Assembly (NCBI GenBank): GCA_943787795.1
Contig: CALSNU010000001.1
Span: forward strand, 960,001 to 1,024,000
Direction: 5' to 3'
Length of the DNA: 64,000 nt
Origin: an uncultured bacterium
GTDB taxonomy: Bacteria > Planctomycetota > UBA1135 > GCA-002686595
The notes below the pieces were generated by a model. It had not been told where the DNA came from. It made no database searches and saw only the letters and a list, made by a program, of their open reading frames with translations. A program made the position numbers and the translations under genes. Of this stretch, positions 48,730 through 57,286 are shown in pieces (within the stretch, counting starts at the first letter, position 1; every line of letters begins with the position of its first letter).

Positions 48730-49776
48730 ATGCTCACGAGAACCACCCTCACCCTGTTGCTCCTCGCGGCGCCGCTCCACGCCGCCGCCCCCGCGCCCCA
48801 GCAGAAGTCGAGCTGGCCGCCGCCCCGCGCGAGCGTGTCCGACGCCCTCCGGGACTGCCAGGTGGAGAAGCCCGAGAAGCTCTTCACGGTCGAGCGGGTG
48901 GTGGATGGGGACACGATCTACATCCAGCGCAACGGCGCGCGCGAGAAGCTCCGGCTGCTCTCGGTGGACACCGAAGAGAAGTACATGGGGGGCAAGGACA
49001 TCTCCGCGTCCAAGCCTTCCACCCGCTTCGCCGAGCAGTCCACTGGCTGGGCCACCGGCTTCTTCCTGCCCCGGAGCCCGGACGAGGGCCCGGCGAAGGT
49101 CGGCCTTCGGTTCCCCGGTGGCGAGGAGGCCCGCGACATCTACGGCCGGCTCCTCTGCCACGTGGTGACCAAGGAGGGGATCGACTTCAATCTGCTCCTG
49201 GTCCGCATGGGGCACAGCCCGTACTTCAACAAGTACGGCAACAGCCGCCTCGACCACGAGCGCTTCCTCGCGGCGCAGCGGACGGCCATGGCCGAGAAGC
49301 TCGGGATCTGGGATTCGAAGACCAACGAGGGCGGAAAGCGCCGGGACTATTCCAGGCTGATGGCCTGGTGGACGGCACGGGCTACGGCCATCGACGACTT
49401 CCGGGCCCGCGCGACGGCCAGCCCGAAGCGGTTCGTGGCCTGCGATGATCCGGACCGGCTGGAGGCGGCGCTCGAGGCCGGCGGCGGAGAGGTCACGCTC
49501 CTGGCCTCGGTCGATCGATTCTTCGACGAGGACGACGGCTCCTGGACGATCTTGCTGCGCTCGGGAGACCGCAAGCGGGCGGTCCGCGTCGGCGTCCCGG
49601 CATCGGGGCGCGCTGCACTCGAGGCCCTCGACCTGCCCGGGACCAAGGACGAATTCAGACAGAACTACCTGCTGGTCACCGGCCAGCTGACCCGCGGCCC
49701 GCGGGGGTTCCGTCTGGAGGGAGTGGGGGCCTCCGACTGGCGGCGCGCGGGCCCGGAGCCCGCGACCGGGGGCTAG
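48730..49776 (+). CDS. Secreted thermonuclease (SNase family)
   Basis: Signal peptide; VERVVDGDTI, LRLLSVDTEE, RDIYGRLLCHV, LGIW; extra C-terminal domain. Confidence 0.88.
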   Translation: MLTRTTLTLLLLAAPLHAAAPAPQQKSSWPPPRASVSDALRDCQVEKPEKLFTVERVVDGDTIYIQRNGAREKLRLLSVDTEEKYMGGKDISASKPSTRFAEQSTGWATGFFLPRSPDEGPAKVGLRFPGGEEARDIYGRLLCHVVTKEGIDFNLLLVRMGHSPYFNKYGNSRLDHERFLAAQRTAMAEKLGIWDSKTNEGGKRRDYSRLMAWWTARATAIDDFRARATASPKRFVACDDPDRLEAALEAGGGEVTLLASVDRFFDEDDGSWTILLRSGDRKRAVRVGVPASGRAALEALDLPGTKDEFRQNYLLVTGQLTRGPRGFRLEGVGASDWRRAGPEPATGG

Positions 49777-49959
49777 AGCCGCTGAATCGAGGTCGGCGGA
49801 CATCCCCTGGACGGTCCACACGCAGGGGACTTGGGGGTCTTCAGAGCGGTGAGTGCGTAAGTCCTTGGACTGTCGCCAGCGGGTGGAGTGAATTGTGGGC
49901 GCCGCTCCGTAAACTCCTGTTGGCCGCAATAGATCCTGCCCGGCGGCGTAGTGCACACC

Positions 49960-51513
49960 ATGCGAGCATCCCTCCGAATCGTCCTCCTCGCCATCTTCGT
50001 CCTGGTGGCGATCCCCTCGACCGGGCTCGCCCAGAAGGTGGCTCGCAAGCCGGTGGCGTGCCCCGAGCACGGCTTCCAGTTCAAGCCGCTCGACAATTTC
50101 GACGCGGTCCCCATCGACAGCGGACGTGGCGGCACCGAGGCCCTCAAGTTCGCCCAGGATCGCCGGGAGCTCACCGCTCACGCCTTTGAATCGGAGGGCC
50201 CCTCGGAGGAGGTCGAAGAGGGGAGCACCGTCGCCAAGAAGCGGCGTCGCAGCATCGTCGGGTACCTGAAGCGGTACAAGGGCTTCACGGACAAGGTGGG
50301 CAAGAATCCGCAGGTCGACGAGATGGTCGAGGTCGACGGAGTCGACGCGAAGCACCTGCGGTTCGAGCTGGACGGGTACATGCTGGACGTGTGGTCGTTC
50401 CCCCTGAAGCACGCGGACATCCACCTGATCTATCTCATCCCAGGGGAGGTCAATCGCAAGTGGGAGAAGGCCATCCGCCAGTCCGCTGAGTCCTTCGAGC
50501 TGATCGAGCGGGTCGAGGCGGAGGAGATCGATACGACCACGCGGAGCTTCGAGTCTCAGTTTGCCTGGGCCGAGGCCGAGGCCGCCAAGGTCGAGGGCTG
50601 GCGCGCCATCGGCACCCCCTCCAAGCGCTTCGTTGTGCTGACCAACGCGACCAAGAAAGCCTTCATCAAAGAGGTCCTCAAGCGGCTCGAGGTGTCCCGA
50701 GACATCTACGAGCAGGACTTCCCCCCGTCCGCGGAGTTCAAAGCGGTGTCGGTGATCCGCATCTGTAAGGACCGCGAGGAGTTCCAGCGCTTCAGTGGCG
50801 CCCCTCCCGGCGCGGCCGGGTACTTCAGCCCGCAGTCGGTCGAGCTGGTCCTCTACGACAACGTGGAGACCGATCGCAACTCGACCTACGCGGTGGTGAG
50901 CCACGAGGCCTTCCACCAGTACTGCCACTTCCTCTTCGGCCAGTCCGAGGCGCACCGCTGGTTCGACGAGGGGCACGGGGACTACTACGGCGGGATGAGG
51001 GTCGCGGGCAGCCGCGGAAAGATCACGCCCAAGATGCCCGCTGGCCTCGACCGCCTCTCGGTGATCAGGGACATGGTCCGTGAGGAGTCCTACAAGCCGC
51101 TCTCCGAGCACCTCTACTACAACCACCGCCAGTGGCAGTCGCAGGGGCCCTCGAACGTGAGCTGCTACGCCCAGTCGTGGTCGGTCATCTACATGCTCCG
51201 CCAGGGCGCCCTGCGCAAGGTGAGCCGCAAGGTGTGGAAGGACGAGTACGCGGACATCATCCCGAACTATGTCTCGACCCTGAACCAGGGCTTCCAGGAC
51301 GCCTACAAGGAGATCCGCGAGAAGCGGATCGAGCAGGCGAAGAAGAGGGACCGCGAGCTCGATCCCAGCGACCTGAAGATCAACCGCTTCGACCTCGACC
51401 CGCGCCAGAAGCAGAAGATCTGGGACGCCGCGATGGAGGCCTCATGGGGGCAGGTCGACCTCGACGAGTTCGAGAAGGACTGGGTGCTCTACATTCAGAA
51501 GTACCTCAAGTGA
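49960..51513 (+). CDS. Secreted DUF1570-like zinc metallopeptidase domain protein
   Basis: Signal peptide; HEAFHQY followed by WFDEG; YAQSWSVIYML. Confidence 0.8.
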   Translation: MRASLRIVLLAIFVLVAIPSTGLAQKVARKPVACPEHGFQFKPLDNFDAVPIDSGRGGTEALKFAQDRRELTAHAFESEGPSEEVEEGSTVAKKRRRSIVGYLKRYKGFTDKVGKNPQVDEMVEVDGVDAKHLRFELDGYMLDVWSFPLKHADIHLIYLIPGEVNRKWEKAIRQSAESFELIERVEAEEIDTTTRSFESQFAWAEAEAAKVEGWRAIGTPSKRFVVLTNATKKAFIKEVLKRLEVSRDIYEQDFPPSAEFKAVSVIRICKDREEFQRFSGAPPGAAGYFSPQSVELVLYDNVETDRNSTYAVVSHEAFHQYCHFLFGQSEAHRWFDEGHGDYYGGMRVAGSRGKITPKMPAGLDRLSVIRDMVREESYKPLSEHLYYNHRQWQSQGPSNVSCYAQSWSVIYMLRQGALRKVSRKVWKDEYADIIPNYVSTLNQGFQDAYKEIREKRIEQAKKRDRELDPSDLKINRFDLDPRQKQKIWDAAMEASWGQVDLDEFEKDWVLYIQKYLK

Positions 51514-51590
51514 TGCCCTGCCTCGGTGTCCTCCACGTGGCGTCCTCCACGCACTGCAGCCCAGGCGAGGCCGGGTTCGAGGCGCTCCCG

Positions 51591-51758
51591 GCGCCGAGGT
51601 CGCCGCGCCGAGGTCGCCGCGCAGAGGTCGCCGCGCAGTGATCGCCGCGCAGAGGTCACCGCGCAGATGTCACCGTGCAGAGGTCACCGCGCAGAGGTCA
51701 CCGTGCAGTGATCTCAGCGCAGTGATCTCAGCGCAGTGCTGACGGCGCAGCGCTGACC
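51591..51758. repeat. Twelve degenerate tandem 14-bp units (consensus GCGCAGAGGTCRCC)
   Basis: Read directly in 14-bp register. Confidence 0.9.
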
Positions 51759-51867
51759 GTGCTGACGTGGCAGAGCTCACCGCGTAGAAGGGGCGGCGGC
51801 GGAGGCCCTTGTCCAAGTCCCTGGCCGGAGCTGAATCGGGCCGCCGCGCAGGTTCGAACAGCCCAGC

Positions 51868-52788
51868 ATGGAATTCGGCCGCCTACCCGATGTCCGCGGT
51901 GTGGACTTCACCCTGCCCGTCGACCCCGCTCGGAACCGCCCGCTCCTTGAGGGGGCGCGTGCTGCGTCTCCATTGGGCGACGGTGACCTCCGCCTGGGGC
52001 TCCCCAGCTGGTCGGACCCAGGGCTCGCGGGCCGGCTCGGCGGGAAGAGTCCGGCCGGGGTGCTGCGGGCCCACAGCGCTGCGGTCCCATCGAACGAGCT
52101 GAACTCCACGTTCTACGGCTACACCGTGGAGCGCTTCACCCGCTGGGCGGCGGCGGTCCCTGAGGGGTTCCTGTTCTGCCCCAAGCTCCCACGCGCGATC
52201 ACTCACGATGGGATGCTCGAGGGCGTGGAGGAGGAGATGGGGGCCTTCGTCCGCGCGACCGAATCCCTGGGTGCCCACCGCGGGCTCACCTGGTTCGCGC
52301 TCCCCCCCTTCTTCGGCGCGGAGCGCCTGGGAACCTTGGCCGCGTTCCTGGATGAGTGGGCCGGCGAGCTGCCTCTCGCGCTAGAGGTGCGCGACCCCAG
52401 CTGGTTCAGGGACCCCGGGGCGACCGAGGCGCTCTTCGGGCTGCTGGAGGCCCTGTCCGTGACGGCGATCATCACCGACACCGCGGGCCGCAGGGACTGC
52501 GCTCACATGGCCCTCTCGACCCCGAAGACGCTCATTCGCTTCGTGGGGAACGGGCTCCACCCCTCGGACTTCGAGCGACTCGATCGATGGGCGGAGCGGC
52601 TCCTGGGCTGGGTGAACAATGGGCTCCAGCAGGCGTTCGTCTTCTTCCACCAGCAGGATGAGGCGCAGACCGTCGACCTCGCCGAGCACCTGGAGCGCCG
52701 GTTCGCGGCCGCGGGCCGCCCCGTACTGGGGCCCTGGCGAAGCGCCTCCGGGTTCATCCCCCCCGGCGCTCAGCTCGGGCTCTTCTGA
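51868..52788 (+). CDS. DUF72 family protein
   Basis: ELNSTFY, FCPKLPRAITH, LEVRDPSWF, ITDTAGRRD, IRFVGN. Confidence 0.9.
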   Translation: MEFGRLPDVRGVDFTLPVDPARNRPLLEGARAASPLGDGDLRLGLPSWSDPGLAGRLGGKSPAGVLRAHSAAVPSNELNSTFYGYTVERFTRWAAAVPEGFLFCPKLPRAITHDGMLEGVEEEMGAFVRATESLGAHRGLTWFALPPFFGAERLGTLAAFLDEWAGELPLALEVRDPSWFRDPGATEALFGLLEALSVTAIITDTAGRRDCAHMALSTPKTLIRFVGNGLHPSDFERLDRWAERLLGWVNNGLQQAFVFFHQQDEAQTVDLAEHLERRFAAAGRPVLGPWRSASGFIPPGAQLGLF

Positions 52789-52941
52789 TGGGGCACCCCG
52801 CCCGCCCTTTCCCAACCGATACAACGCCGTTGGCGGGATCTCGCATGGTCGGCGTGACCTCCGGGATGCCGAGCGGTTCAGATCAGCTCTCTGGCTGGGC
52901 CTCCCTCTCCCGGCCGACCCGTTCCACTTGACCGTAGACCC

Positions 52942-54501
52942 ATGCTCCGATCCCTCTCCCTGCTCGTCGCGTCGTCGGCCGCCGCTCTCCTCCCCGCCAG
53001 CGTCGCGGACATTCAGTGGTCGCCCTCCTTCGGGGACGCGCTCGAGGCCGCTGCTAGCGACGAGCGGGTGATCTTCATCGCGGTCAACATGGACGGCGAG
53101 CGGGCCAACGATCAGATGGCCGGGAAGGTCTACAAGAACCGGGGCATCAAGGAGCTCGCGGCCGAGACGGTCAACCTGATCGCCTCCGCGGACCGGCACC
53201 GCAAGAGCGGCAAGTGCCCGCGCTTTGGATGCGAGTCCTGTGAGCAGCACCGATTCGTGGACATCGCCGTGCGCGAAGAGGTCCTGAAGCCGTCGGCGAC
53301 GGGCGCGGTGATCGCGCCACAGCACGTGTTCTGCGCGCCGGACGGGAGCGTGATCCTCTCGGTGCCCTACGGGATCTCGGTCTCGGAGCTGGAGTGGTGC
53401 TTCCACGAGGCCGCGGCGATCCAGGCGGGCGTCGAGCTCGCCGACCGGTCCCACCCGGGGCGCAGGCCTCGGCGCCTGATCGTGGGGGACGTGGCTCAGC
53501 TCGGTGGGGCGGATGGACCGGTCACCCGCGAGGAGGCGCTGGAGCTCATCGCTACCATCAAGAAGGGGGGCAACGGCGGGGAACAGCGGGAGATGATCCG
53601 GCGGCTCGCGACCTCCGACGAGCCCGAGGCGAGGGAGTACGTCCTCAGCGTCTTGCGCGCAGGCGGCAGCACCGGCCGAGGTGGGGGCGGCGGTCGTGGC
53701 GGGCGCGGCGGTGGCGGCGGCGGCCGCGGCGGCAACTCGGATCGCGAGCGGGGCCAGCTCCTGCGGTGGATCGGAGAGCAGTCGCCGGCCAGCTACTGGG
53801 AGGTCTGCATCGAGTTCGCAGACAGCGGGGCCGACGCCGTCAAGCAGGAGGCCGTCGTCGCCCTCGAGCAACTGGGGGCGGAGGACTCGCTCTCGGTCCT
53901 CATGAAGGCGCTGCGGCGGAGCGGGTCCGAGCCTGAGCGGCAGAAGAACGTGCTCCGCGCCATCGGCTCGGTGGCGAGGGATGACCGCAAGGCGCGCTCG
54001 GCGCTGCTCAAGGCCTCGGTGGATCGCAAGCAGCCCTTGATCCGCGCCAACGCGCTCCTCGCCCTCGGGTGGCTGGACGCGGACGAGGACGTGGCGGAGC
54101 GCCTGAAGGCGGCGGCCACGCCCGCGGTCCACGGGGGTCTCGCGAAGGTCGACGTGGAGGACGTGACCGAGGAGGAGCGCCTCGCCGCGGTCGTCGCCAT
54201 GGGGATCTCAAGGCAGCCCGAGTGGAAGCCATTCCTCGAGCAGCTGGCCGCCGCCGAGGCGGACGAGTCAGACCTGAAGGAGGCCGCTCAGGCCAGCCTC
54301 AGCGTCCTCGCTGGCAAGCCCTACGCCGGGCTCCGCTCGTTCCTGGAGACCGCTGGCTCCGACGAGATCCCGCGGGAGCGACTTTTCGGGCGTGGGGGCG
54401 GCCGGCGCGGAGAGAGGCAGCCTGAAGGGCGACGTGGTCGCGGCGAGGGCGAGAGCGAGGGCGAGGGCGAAAGGGAAGAGGGAGAGGGCGGCCGCGACTG
54501 A
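52942..54501 (+). CDS. Secreted thioredoxin-like plus HEAT-repeat protein
   Basis: Signal peptide; WSPSFGDALEAA..VIFI, CPRFGCESCEQH, APQHVF; Gly/Arg-rich linker; HEAT-like helices. Confidence 0.7.
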   Translation: MLRSLSLLVASSAAALLPASVADIQWSPSFGDALEAAASDERVIFIAVNMDGERANDQMAGKVYKNRGIKELAAETVNLIASADRHRKSGKCPRFGCESCEQHRFVDIAVREEVLKPSATGAVIAPQHVFCAPDGSVILSVPYGISVSELEWCFHEAAAIQAGVELADRSHPGRRPRRLIVGDVAQLGGADGPVTREEALELIATIKKGGNGGEQREMIRRLATSDEPEAREYVLSVLRAGGSTGRGGGGGRGGRGGGGGGRGGNSDRERGQLLRWIGEQSPASYWEVCIEFADSGADAVKQEAVVALEQLGAEDSLSVLMKALRRSGSEPERQKNVLRAIGSVARDDRKARSALLKASVDRKQPLIRANALLALGWLDADEDVAERLKAAATPAVHGGLAKVDVEDVTEEERLAAVVAMGISRQPEWKPFLEQLAAAEADESDLKEAAQASLSVLAGKPYAGLRSFLETAGSDEIPRERLFGRGGGRRGERQPEGRRGRGEGESEGEGEREEGEGGRD

Positions 54502-54620
54502 CCGTCGCGTCCCCGGCCGCCTCATGGGCGAACGCCGGGCGGTCCGCTGATACCCTGACTCTCCAGTCGGAGCGGTTCAGCCGCTCACCCCGCCCTGAAC
54601 GCGCCCACGCGCCCCGACCC

Positions 54621-55154
54621 ATGACACCCTTCACGCTGCCCGAGTCCATCCTCCAGAGTCCCATCTCGGCGACACCTGCACTCGCGGGCGCTTCGACCCT
54701 CGGCGTAGCCCTTGGCGACGAGCCCACCATCGTGGTGTTCGTCCGGCACCTGGGGTGAACGTTCTGCCGGCGTGACATCGAGAACCTGCGCGCCCGCGCT
54801 GCGGACCCGGCCTTCCCGCCGGCGCTCGTGGTGCACATGGGCACCCTCGAGGAGGGGGAGCGGTTCTTCGAGGAGCGCTGGCCGGAGGCGCGTGCCGTCT
54901 CCGACCCGGACAAGGTCCTTTTCGATGCCTTCGGGCTGGAGCGCGGGTCGCTCCTGCAGCTCGTGGGGCCCGGAACCTGGGCGGCCGGCTTTCGAGCCCG
55001 ACGGCACGGTGTGGGGCTCCCCAAGGGGGACCCTCGAGTGCTGGCTGGGTCCTTCCTCGTGAAGGGTGCCGAGGTGCTGGAGTCCGACCTGGCAACGACG
55101 TCCGCGTCGACGCCGGACCTGAGCCGGCTCGCGCGCGCGGCCGAGGCTCTCTGA
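54621..55154 (+). CDS. SelL-related/AhpC-TSA-like redox selenoprotein (UxxC; TGA 54756-54758), 177 aa
   Basis: VVFVRHLG-[TGA]-TFCR in frame with VVHMG..VSDPDKVLFDAFGL; TGA sits at the first Cys of the family RHxGCxFC motif. Confidence 0.88.
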
Positions 55155-55160
55155 CATGAA

Positions 55161-55195
55161 CCGGCCCCGGACTCCTCGCGGGAGACCGGGGCCGG
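55161..55195. terminator. Hairpin between convergent genes
   Basis: CCGGCCCCGG-A-CTCC-TCGCG-GGAG-A-CCGGGGCCGG. Confidence 0.6.
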
Positions 55196-55242
55196 CGACA
55201 CCCAGGAGCAGCACCTGGGCCCTCATGGCCCCGTGGGCCCGG

Positions 55243-57210
55243 TCACTGGAGTCGGTAGTAGCGGACGACCTTGTCGGCCGAGTCGCCGTCACCGTTCAGG
55301 TCGCCCCCGGCCATGAACTCGTCGGTCAGGAAGCCTCCGAATCTGGCCTGCCCCACCTGGAAGTAGGTGGCGGGCGTCGGCGCGTTGTCCGCCGTGGCGA
55401 AGTACGTGCTGGCGAACGCGCCGACCAGGCTGAAGCGCTGGAGAACGAAGTCGGTCGCGTCCCCGTCGCCGTTGATGTCAGAGTTCCCCTGTGCAGCCTC
55501 GGAGATCCGGTGGATGCCGACGTTCTGCTTCACGCGGAGGCCTGGGCTGGTCGCGGCGACCGCGAAGGCGACGCCCGGAAACGTGAGCGTATTGCCGGAG
55601 ACGACGGTGGGGATCGTGGAGATCGAGTCCACGAAGTCGCCGTCGTTGTTCCCGGTGTAGCCCGGGCCGAGCCCCGCGAGGAGGCTGTCCTCGGTGATCG
55701 CCGCGAAGAAGCGGCTGGGGTCTTCGAGGTCCGGCTGGATCCAGGTCGTGCCAACGGGCGTCGTGAAGGTGGAGCCGTGATCGAAGTTCCAGGCTTGGCC
55801 GCTGGCTGAGGGCTGGTGGGCGGCCACGAGGTTCCGGTCGGTGCCCGGATCCCCGTCATGATCTCTGCCGTCGGCCGCCTCGTCCACGACGATGGCCCAG
55901 GTGTCTTCGAGCGCGATGACGCCGCCGGTTCCACCGGCGATGTTGCCCCGTACGGCGAGCAGGCGCCCGGAGCTGGTCACGGGCAGGGGGGGGGCGATGG
56001 GGTCTGCGGCGGCCACCCACCGGAAGATCCCGTCGATGGAGTCGCCGTCGCCGTTGAGGTCGCAGCCAGGGCCGCTGCCCTCCTCGACCTCCGGCGAGAC
56101 CGTACCGACGAACTGGTCGATCATCGCGTAGGCCTGGGTGTCCCCGACGAGCCCGGTGTTGACGGCGGGTGTCCCGGCGATCAGGTCACCGAGTTGAAAC
56201 CAGTGCAGAACCGCGTCGGTCTCGTCGGTATCCGGGACGGCCACACAGTTGCCGGGCTGCCAGGCGCCGGTGAAGTCCGCCGGGTCGTTGAGGTTGTCAT
56301 TCTGGCTGGCCTCATCCACGAGGAAGGCCGCGAGCCACTCGCCTCCGCCGACCACGGGCACCGCGTCAGCGCTGCTGCCAGTATCGAAGGCGAGTCCGAC
56401 GTTCACGATCTGCGGAGTCAGCGCGCCAGCGTCGACCACGGCGAGGATGTTGTCGTCGACCGCGTCCCCGTCGCCGTTGAGCTCGCCTTCGATGACCTCG
56501 TCTGCCACCAGGAAGACGAAGCCGGCGCTCTCGCTCTGCACCGAGTACGAGACCCCGTCGTTGTTGGGGTCGGTGCCCGTGAGGACCATCGCGGGCGCGG
56601 CGGGAGCAGCCCCCGCGGCGGCGACCGCCGCCAGGTAGAGGTTGGACTCCATTGAGGCCGTGGGGGCGGTCGCGGAGGGGTAGAGGAGCCGGTCGGCCGC
56701 GCTGACGAGGCCGCCGCTGAGGCTCGTGGGGACCTCGTCATAGAAGACCGGGTCCGGGGTGCCGACGGCGTGGAAGAGCAGGACCCGGTCGGTCAGGTCC
56801 GTATCAAGGTTCCAGTCACGACCGTCCTGGGCCTCGTCCACGAGGATGAACAGCGTCTCGTTCACGAAGGTGACCTCGATCGCGGCGACGTTGAGGACCT
56901 CGGAGATCCGGGTGCTCGTGTTGTGCCGTACGGCGATGGAGTCGAGCGTATCGCCGTCCCCGTTGAAGTCCGTACCGGCCCCGGCGCCTTGGCCCGCCTC
57001 TGAGAGGCGGTAGGCCAGCCAGTCGTTGTCCGCACGCAGCGGCTCCGTGTTGCTGGCGGCCGCGTGCTCCGTGCTACGGACAACGAAGGCCTGGGAGGGC
57101 TCTTCCTCACTCGAGCAACCCACCGCGAGAGTGCACGCAAGGGCGGCCCCGAGCAACGAGGAGCGGGACGTCGTGGGACGGGAGGGCGGGGGGCAGTTCA
57201 CGATGCTCAT
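55243..57210 (-). CDS. Acidic lipoprotein with repeated DxNGDGD calcium-binding loops
   Basis: Lipobox LAVGC; DFNGDGD, ELNGDGD, DLNGDGD twice, DINGDGD and variants. Confidence 0.78.
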   Translation of the reverse strand: MSIVNCPPPSRPTTSRSSLLGAALACTLAVGCSSEEEPSQAFVVRSTEHAAASNTEPLRADNDWLAYRLSEAGQGAGAGTDFNGDGDTLDSIAVRHNTSTRISEVLNVAAIEVTFVNETLFILVDEAQDGRDWNLDTDLTDRVLLFHAVGTPDPVFYDEVPTSLSGGLVSAADRLLYPSATAPTASMESNLYLAAVAAAGAAPAAPAMVLTGTDPNNDGVSYSVQSESAGFVFLVADEVIEGELNGDGDAVDDNILAVVDAGALTPQIVNVGLAFDTGSSADAVPVVGGGEWLAAFLVDEASQNDNLNDPADFTGAWQPGNCVAVPDTDETDAVLHWFQLGDLIAGTPAVNTGLVGDTQAYAMIDQFVGTVSPEVEEGSGPGCDLNGDGDSIDGIFRWVAAADPIAPPLPVTSSGRLLAVRGNIAGGTGGVIALEDTWAIVVDEAADGRDHDGDPGTDRNLVAAHQPSASGQAWNFDHGSTFTTPVGTTWIQPDLEDPSRFFAAITEDSLLAGLGPGYTGNNDGDFVDSISTIPTVVSGNTLTFPGVAFAVAATSPGLRVKQNVGIHRISEAAQGNSDINGDGDATDFVLQRFSLVGAFASTYFATADNAPTPATYFQVGQARFGGFLTDEFMAGGDLNGDGDSADKVVRYYRLQ

Positions 57211-57286
57211 GGGATGGCGGTGGATCAACAGATGAAGCAGGGGCGACCTCGGCCGGTGCTCAGCGACGCATTGTGCATCAAGAGGA

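Noticed and set aside
54828..55154. 108-aa ORF as a complete gene
   Set aside because: It is the downstream part of the UGA-containing gene starting at 54621.
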